Shown: positions 59,505 through 64,000 of the stretch, piece after piece
Layout: the number at the start of each line of letters is the position of its first letter
Position numbering within the stretch: position 1 is the stretch's first letter
NCBI RefSeq assembly: GCF_000420545.1
Contig: NZ_ATVD01000003.1
Coordinates: forward strand, 422,370 to 486,369
Source of the DNA: Arenimonas oryziterrae DSM 21050 = YC6267
GTDB lineage: Bacteria; Pseudomonadota; Gammaproteobacteria; Xanthomonadales; Xanthomonadaceae
Direction: 5' to 3'
Length of the DNA stretch: 64,000 nt
Program-made: the position numbers and the translations under genes
The notes under the pieces: model-generated
What the model was told of the DNA's origin: nothing
The model's database searches: none
The model's input: only the letters and a program-made list of their open reading frames with translations

Positions 59505-60443
59505 ATGCGCACTCGCCCCGCCCCCATCGAAGGACTCGCGGCCAGCACGCTGCAATTGCCGCCGGGGCCCTGGTCTACCGTGCTGGAAGGCTTGTGCGCG
59601 CGCTTTCCCGCCGTGTCGCGCGAGCAATGGCAGGAGCGCATGGCACGCGGACGCGTCGTCGACGGCGATGGGCGAGGTCTGACGCCGGAAACACCGTATC
59701 GGGTCGGACTCGAGGTGCATTACTACCGCGAAGTGGCAGACGAAGCGCCGATTCCGTTCGAGGAAGTCGTGCTGCATGTCGATGGCGATCTGCTGGTCGC
59801 GGACAAACCGCACTACTTGCCGGTCACGCCGGCGGGCGCGCATGTCCATGAAACCCTGCTCGGCCGCTTGATCCGCCAAACCGGCAATCCGGCGCTCGTG
59901 CCCCTGCACCGGATCGATCGCGAGACGGCAGGCCTGGTGTTGTTCTCGACCAATCCGGACAGTCGCGCTCACTATCAGGCGCTGTTTCGCGAGCGACGCA
60001 TCGAAAAAAACTACGAGGCGATCGCGCCGGCGCTGCCGGAGTTGGAATTTCCTTGCACCCGCATAAGCCGCATCGTCGCCGGCGATCCGTTCTTCCGCAT
60101 GCAGGAGATCGACGGGCCGGCCAACAGCGAAACCCGGATCGACGTGATCGCGCGCGGCGAAGACTTCTGGCATTACGCCCTGGCACCCGTCACTGGTCGC
60201 AAGCATCAGTTGCGCGTGCACCTGTCCGCGCTGGGGGCGCCGATCTGCAATGACGGGATGTATCCGGTGCTGCGCCCGCGCGCCGCCGGCGATTTTTCGG
60301 CGCCCTTGCAGCTGCTGGCCCGGCAGCTGGCGTTCGTCGATCCGCTCACCGGCGTCGCGCGCCGGTTCACCAGCGGTTTCTCGCTGGAGGCGGCGCCGAT
60401 GCACATCCCGACCCCAACATCCAGTATTGACCCACCGGGTTAG
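59505..60443 (+). CDS. RluA-family pseudouridine synthase
   Basis: HRIDRETAGLVLFS catalytic-Asp motif and KHQLRVHL motif. 312 aa. Confidence 0.8.
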   Translation: MRTRPAPIEGLAASTLQLPPGPWSTVLEGLCARFPAVSREQWQERMARGRVVDGDGRGLTPETPYRVGLEVHYYREVADEAPIPFEEVVLHVDGDLLVADKPHYLPVTPAGAHVHETLLGRLIRQTGNPALVPLHRIDRETAGLVLFSTNPDSRAHYQALFRERRIEKNYEAIAPALPELEFPCTRISRIVAGDPFFRMQEIDGPANSETRIDVIARGEDFWHYALAPVTGRKHQLRVHLSALGAPICNDGMYPVLRPRAAGDFSAPLQLLARQLAFVDPLTGVARRFTSGFSLEAAPMHIPTPTSSIDPPG

Positions 60444-60457
60444 CCCCGATAACTTGT

Positions 60458-60650
60458 GTCTGTCGGTCCCGGCCTCACGGTCGGGTTAATAGGGAAGCCG
60501 GTGTGATTCCGGCGCTGCCCCGCAGCGGTATGTGGAAACGAACGCCGTCAAAACGCACTGGGGCAACGGTCCCCGGGAAGCGACGGTCACTAGGTCAGGC
60601 GCCTGCCTGGAGTCCACGAGTCCGAAGACCTGCCGACAGCCGCGCGATGC
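60458..60650 (+). ncRNA. cobalamin (adenosylcobalamin) riboswitch
   Basis: The core gggaagccGGTGtgAtTCCggcGCTGCCCCGCagCgGTat matches the conserved cobalamin-riboswitch core. A B12-box AGTCCGAAGACCTGCC lies downstream. The element sits in a ~400-nt leader upstream of nrdA. Confidence 0.7.
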
Positions 60651-60838
60651 ACACCGCGCGGTGACCGGCCCAGGAATCTCCGGGGGGAGATGGCCGGTGT
60701 CGCACCGCGCTTTCTCGGGCCCTGCGACACCCTGTCTCCATCCTCCTGATTCCGCACGCCCGCGGGGGTGTGGCCGCACCGACGTTCAGCGTCGCTGCGT
60801 TCCGTCTCCGTGCCGCCGCCTCCGAGGGAGAGGTCGCG

Positions 60839-63289
60839 ATGTGCGTCACGCACGGGAGCCACACCATGAGCCACAGCAGCACCCCCACCGACACCTTGGT
60901 CGACCGCATCGCCGACGACACGAGCACGCAACACATCCCGCAATTCAATCTCACGCCGCCGCCGCATGCCGGCGTCATGGGCGTGACCAAGCGCAATGGC
61001 CGCAAGGAACCGGTCGACCTGAACAAGATCGTGCGCGCGGTGACGCGCAGCGCCGAGGGTCTGTACGCGATCGATCCGATGCGCGTGGCCACGCGCACCA
61101 TTTCCGGCCTGTACGACGGCGCGACCACGCGCGAACTCGACGAGCTGTCGATCCGCACCGCCGCGCTGCTGACCGCCGAAGAACCCGAATACGGCCGTCT
61201 CGGTGCGCGCCTGCTCGCGCAGTTCATCGAGAAGGAAGTCACCGGCCAGGAAATCCACGCGTTCTCGCAGTCGATCGCGCGCGGCCACGAGGTCGGCCTG
61301 ATCAATGACCGTCTGCTCGCGTTCGTGCAGGCCAATGCCCGCAAGCTCAACGATTCGCTCGATGCCAGCTACGACCTGCGCTTCGACTATTTCGGCCTGC
61401 GCACGCTGTACGACCGCTACCTGCTGCGCCATCCGACCGCGCGCACCGTCATCGAAACACCGCAGCAGTTCTTCCTGCGCATCGCCTGCGCGCTCAGCGA
61501 GGACGTGCCCGAGGCGCTGGCGCTGTACCGGCGAATGGCGCGCCTGGACTACCTGCCGAGTTCGCCGACCTTGTTCAACGCCGGCACCACGCACGAGCAG
61601 CTGTCGAGCTGCTTCCTGCTCGATTCGCCGGACGATTCGCTGGAATCGATCTATGCGCGCTACGGCGATGTGGCGATGCTGTCGAAATTCTCCGGCGGCA
61701 TCGGCCTGTCGTATTCGCGCATCCGCTCGCGCGGCTCGCTGATCCGCTCGACGAATGGTCTGTCCAACGGCATCGTGCCCTGGCTCAAGACGCTCGACGC
61801 GTCCGTCGCCGCGGTCAACCAGGGCGGCAAGCGCAAGGGCGCGGCCTGCGTGTATCTCGAACCCTGGCATGCCGATGTCGAGGAGTTCCTCGAACTGCGC
61901 GACAACACTGGCGACGAGGCGCGGCGCACGCACAACCTCAATCTGGCCAACTGGATCCCGGACCTGTTCATGAAGCGCGTCGAGAGCGACGGCACCTGGT
62001 CGCTGTTCGATCCGCGCGTGGTGCCGCATTTCGTCGACCTGTGGGGCGCGGACTTCGAGCGCGCGTACGAGACCGCGGAAGTGTCGGGCCTGGCCGCCAA
62101 GCAGGTGAAGGCGCGCGAGCTGTACGCGAAGATGATGCGCACGCTCGCCCAGACCGGCAACGGCTGGATGACCTTCAAGGACAAGTGCAATCGTGCGAGC
62201 AACCAGACGGCGCACCCCAAGAACGTCATCCACCTGTCGAACCTGTGCACGGAAATCCTCGAAGTCACGACCTACGAGGAAACCGCCGTCTGCAACCTCG
62301 GCTCGATCAATCTCGGCCAGCATCTGAACGAGCACGCCGAGTTCGATTTCGACAAGCTCAGCGAAACCGTGCGCCTGGCCGTGCGTCAGCTCGACCGCGT
62401 GATCGACCTGAATTTCTATCCGATCGAATCCGCGCGCCGCGGCAATCTGCGCTGGCGCCCGGTCGGCCTGGGCGTGATGGGCCTGCAGGACGTGTTCTTC
62501 CAGCAGCGCCTGCCTTTCGACAGCGAGGCGGCGCGCGCGTTGTCGGCGAAGATCGCCGAAGAGATCTATTTCAATGCCCTCTCGGCGTCGGTGGAGCTGG
62601 CGCAGGAACGCGGCGTACATCCGGCCTTCAACGAGACGCGCGCAGCCAACGGTGAACTGCAGTTCGACGCCTGGGACGTGGTGCCGTCGAACGGCGAGCG
62701 TTGGGATGCGCTGCGTGCGCGCATTCGCGAGCACGGTCTGCGCAATTCCCTGCTCATCGCGATCGCCCCGACGGCGACGATCGCCTCGATCGCCGGCTGC
62801 TACGAATGCGTCGAACCGCAGGTCTCGAACCTGTTCAAGCGCGAAACCCTGTCGGGCGACTTCCTGCAGGTCAACCGCTATCTGGTCGAAGAGCTCAAGA
62901 AGCTCGGGCACTGGACGCCGGAAATGCGCGATCGCATCAAGCTCGCCGAAGGCTCGGTGCAGGGCATCGCCGAGATTCCCGAGTCGCTGCGGCAGATCTA
63001 CCGCACCGTCTGGGAAGTGCCGATGCGCTCCCTGATCGACATGGCTGCCGACCGCGGCGCATTCATCGACCAGTCCGCGTCGCTGAACCTGTTCATGGAA
63101 AGTCCGAACATCGGCGCGCTCAGTTCGATGTACATGTACGCGTGGAAGCGCGGCATCAAGACCACGTATTACCTGCGCTCGCGTCCAGCCACGCGCATCG
63201 CCAAGACCACGGTGACCACGACCGAACAGGCGACCGATGCGGTGATCTGTTCGCTGGAAAATCCCGAAAGTTGCGAGGCCTGCCAGTAA
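60839..63289 (+). CDS. nrdA: class Ia ribonucleoside-diphosphate reductase alpha subunit
   Basis: ATP-cone and radical-site Cys regions (NLCTEI, CNLGSINL). C-terminus ...ENPESCEACQ. Start chosen at ATG 60839 after GGGAGAGG SD; the track start 60770 is upstream. Confidence 0.9.
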   Translation: MCVTHGSHTMSHSSTPTDTLVDRIADDTSTQHIPQFNLTPPPHAGVMGVTKRNGRKEPVDLNKIVRAVTRSAEGLYAIDPMRVATRTISGLYDGATTRELDELSIRTAALLTAEEPEYGRLGARLLAQFIEKEVTGQEIHAFSQSIARGHEVGLINDRLLAFVQANARKLNDSLDASYDLRFDYFGLRTLYDRYLLRHPTARTVIETPQQFFLRIACALSEDVPEALALYRRMARLDYLPSSPTLFNAGTTHEQLSSCFLLDSPDDSLESIYARYGDVAMLSKFSGGIGLSYSRIRSRGSLIRSTNGLSNGIVPWLKTLDASVAAVNQGGKRKGAACVYLEPWHADVEEFLELRDNTGDEARRTHNLNLANWIPDLFMKRVESDGTWSLFDPRVVPHFVDLWGADFERAYETAEVSGLAAKQVKARELYAKMMRTLAQTGNGWMTFKDKCNRASNQTAHPKNVIHLSNLCTEILEVTTYEETAVCNLGSINLGQHLNEHAEFDFDKLSETVRLAVRQLDRVIDLNFYPIESARRGNLRWRPVGLGVMGLQDVFFQQRLPFDSEAARALSAKIAEEIYFNALSASVELAQERGVHPAFNETRAANGELQFDAWDVVPSNGERWDALRARIREHGLRNSLLIAIAPTATIASIAGCYECVEPQVSNLFKRETLSGDFLQVNRYLVEELKKLGHWTPEMRDRIKLAEGSVQGIAEIPESLRQIYRTVWEVPMRSLIDMAADRGAFIDQSASLNLFMESPNIGALSSMYMYAWKRGIKTTYYLRSRPATRIAKTTVTTTEQATDAVICSLENPESCEACQ

Positions 63290-63295
63290 GGCCAG

Positions 63296-63425
63296 AACTC
63301 CCTCTCCCGCTCGCGGGAGAGGGCCGGGGTGAGGGCGGCAAGTTGCGACGATCCTGCCCTGTTTTTGCTGCCCTCATCCGCCCCTTTGGGGCACCTTCTC
63401 CCGGGGGGAGAAGGGAGTCCATAAG
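63296..63425. repeat. REP-A type palindromic repeats in nrdA-nrdB intergenic region
   Basis: ctccctctcccgctcgcgggagagggccggggtgagggcg plus a second hairpin ccttctcccggggggagaaggg. Same family as 25877-26130 and 51655-51780. Confidence 0.75.
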
Positions 63426-63433
63426 AGAATCCA

Positions 63434-64000
63434 ATGACCACGTCCCGCTTGCTCGACCCCGGCTTCAACCTCACGCTGCGTCCGATGCGCTACCCGCAGT
63501 TCTACGAGAAGTACCGCGACGCCGTGCGCAATACCTGGACGGTCGAAGAAGTTGACTTCGCGCCCGACATCAACGACCTGCGCAACAAGTTCGGGCCGGC
63601 CGAGCGGCATCTGATCGAGCGTCTGGTCGCGTTTTTCGCGACCGGCGACGCAATCGTGTCCAACAATCTCGTACTCAACCTGTACAAGCACATCAACGCG
63701 CCGGAAGCGCGCCTGTACTTGTCGCGCCAGCTGTACGAGGAAGCGCTGCATGTGCAGTTTTACCTGACCTTGCTCGACACCTACCTGCCCGAGCCCGAAC
63801 AGCGTGCCAAGGCCTTCGACGCGATCGAGACCGTGCCGGCGATCCGGCACAAGGCCGAGTTCTGTTTCCGCTGGATGGATTCGATCAATACGCTCGACCG
63901 GTTGGAAACCCGCGAACAGCGTCGGCAGTTCCTGCTGAACCTGATCTGCTTCGCGACCTGCATCGAAGGCTTGTTCTTCTTCGGCGCGTTCGCCTACGTG
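63434..64000 (+). CDS. nrdB: class Ia ribonucleotide reductase beta subunit (3'-truncated by window)
   Basis: ATG 63434; MTTSRLLDPGFNLTLRPMRYPQFYEKYRDAVRNTWTVEEVDF...EALHVQFY is the classic NrdB ferritin-like N-terminus. Not in the ORF track because there is no stop before the edge. Confidence 0.85.
   Translation, partial: MTTSRLLDPGFNLTLRPMRYPQFYEKYRDAVRNTWTVEEVDFAPDINDLRNKFGPAERHLIERLVAFFATGDAIVSNNLVLNLYKHINAPEARLYLSRQLYEEALHVQFYLTLLDTYLPEPEQRAKAFDAIETVPAIRHKAEFCFRWMDSINTLDRLETREQRRQFLLNLICFATCIEGLFFFGAFAYV

Overview
This is a high-GC (~68-70%) chromosomal segment that looks like a Xanthomonadaceae/Lysobacterales-type gammaproteobacterium, judged from codon usage, dispersed REP-like repeats encoding 'PSPxGRG'-type peptides, and gene content. 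I support about 55 protein-coding genes. Most are core or stress-related rather than mobile: no integrase, transposase, tRNA or CRISPR is visible. Gene boundaries came from the supplied ORF track plus start-codon/SD/signal-peptide reasoning; products came from recognisable motifs.

Main blocks:
- Phospholipid/hydrolase genes: alpha/beta hydrolase, TraB/GumN, cardiolipin synthase-like PLD.
- A long co-directional minus-strand stress/signalling block: Dps, a sigma54-type response regulator, TspO, a CHASE3 hybrid histidine kinase and a REC-histidine kinase. A CsbD/BON pair sits just upstream on the same strand, separated from dps by its own terminator.
- A DUF1003 / DJ-1-like / lipoprotein / unknown 265-aa / LCAT-like lipase cluster.
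- Old Yellow Enzyme, YchJ, a PA0069-type radical SAM protein, and a secreted barnase-like RNase with barstar.
- M61 and M13 peptidases, two serine-hydrolase (beta-lactamase-fold) lipoproteins, a NYN/OST-HTH protein, an AlkD-like protein and a flotillin.
- Two MopE-like Cys/Asp-rich secreted paralogs and a multi-PAS GGDEF-EAL protein.
- The complete recC-recB-recD operon with a MASE1 histidine kinase immediately upstream.
- Cytochrome c5, an ExeM/NucH extracellular nuclease, ZapE, an M20 amidohydrolase, PhoD and RluA.
- A class Ia nrdA plus partial nrdB, preceded by a cobalamin riboswitch.

Non-coding features:
- At least three families of short dispersed repeats (REP/MITE-like).
- A tandemly triplicated ~90-bp unit at 25.9-26.1 kb.
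- Several clear rho-independent terminators.
- A 570-bp hairpin-rich gap with no convincing ORF.

No clear-cut novel system is evident. The strongest candidates for a second look are:
- The Dps-sigma54 RR-TspO-double-kinase module.
- The repeat-dense islet with orphan small ORFs around the NYN gene.
- The secreted RNase/barstar pair.
- The B12-riboswitch-controlled nrdAB with a REP element between nrdA and nrdB.

All function calls are motif-based recollection. No database search was possible.
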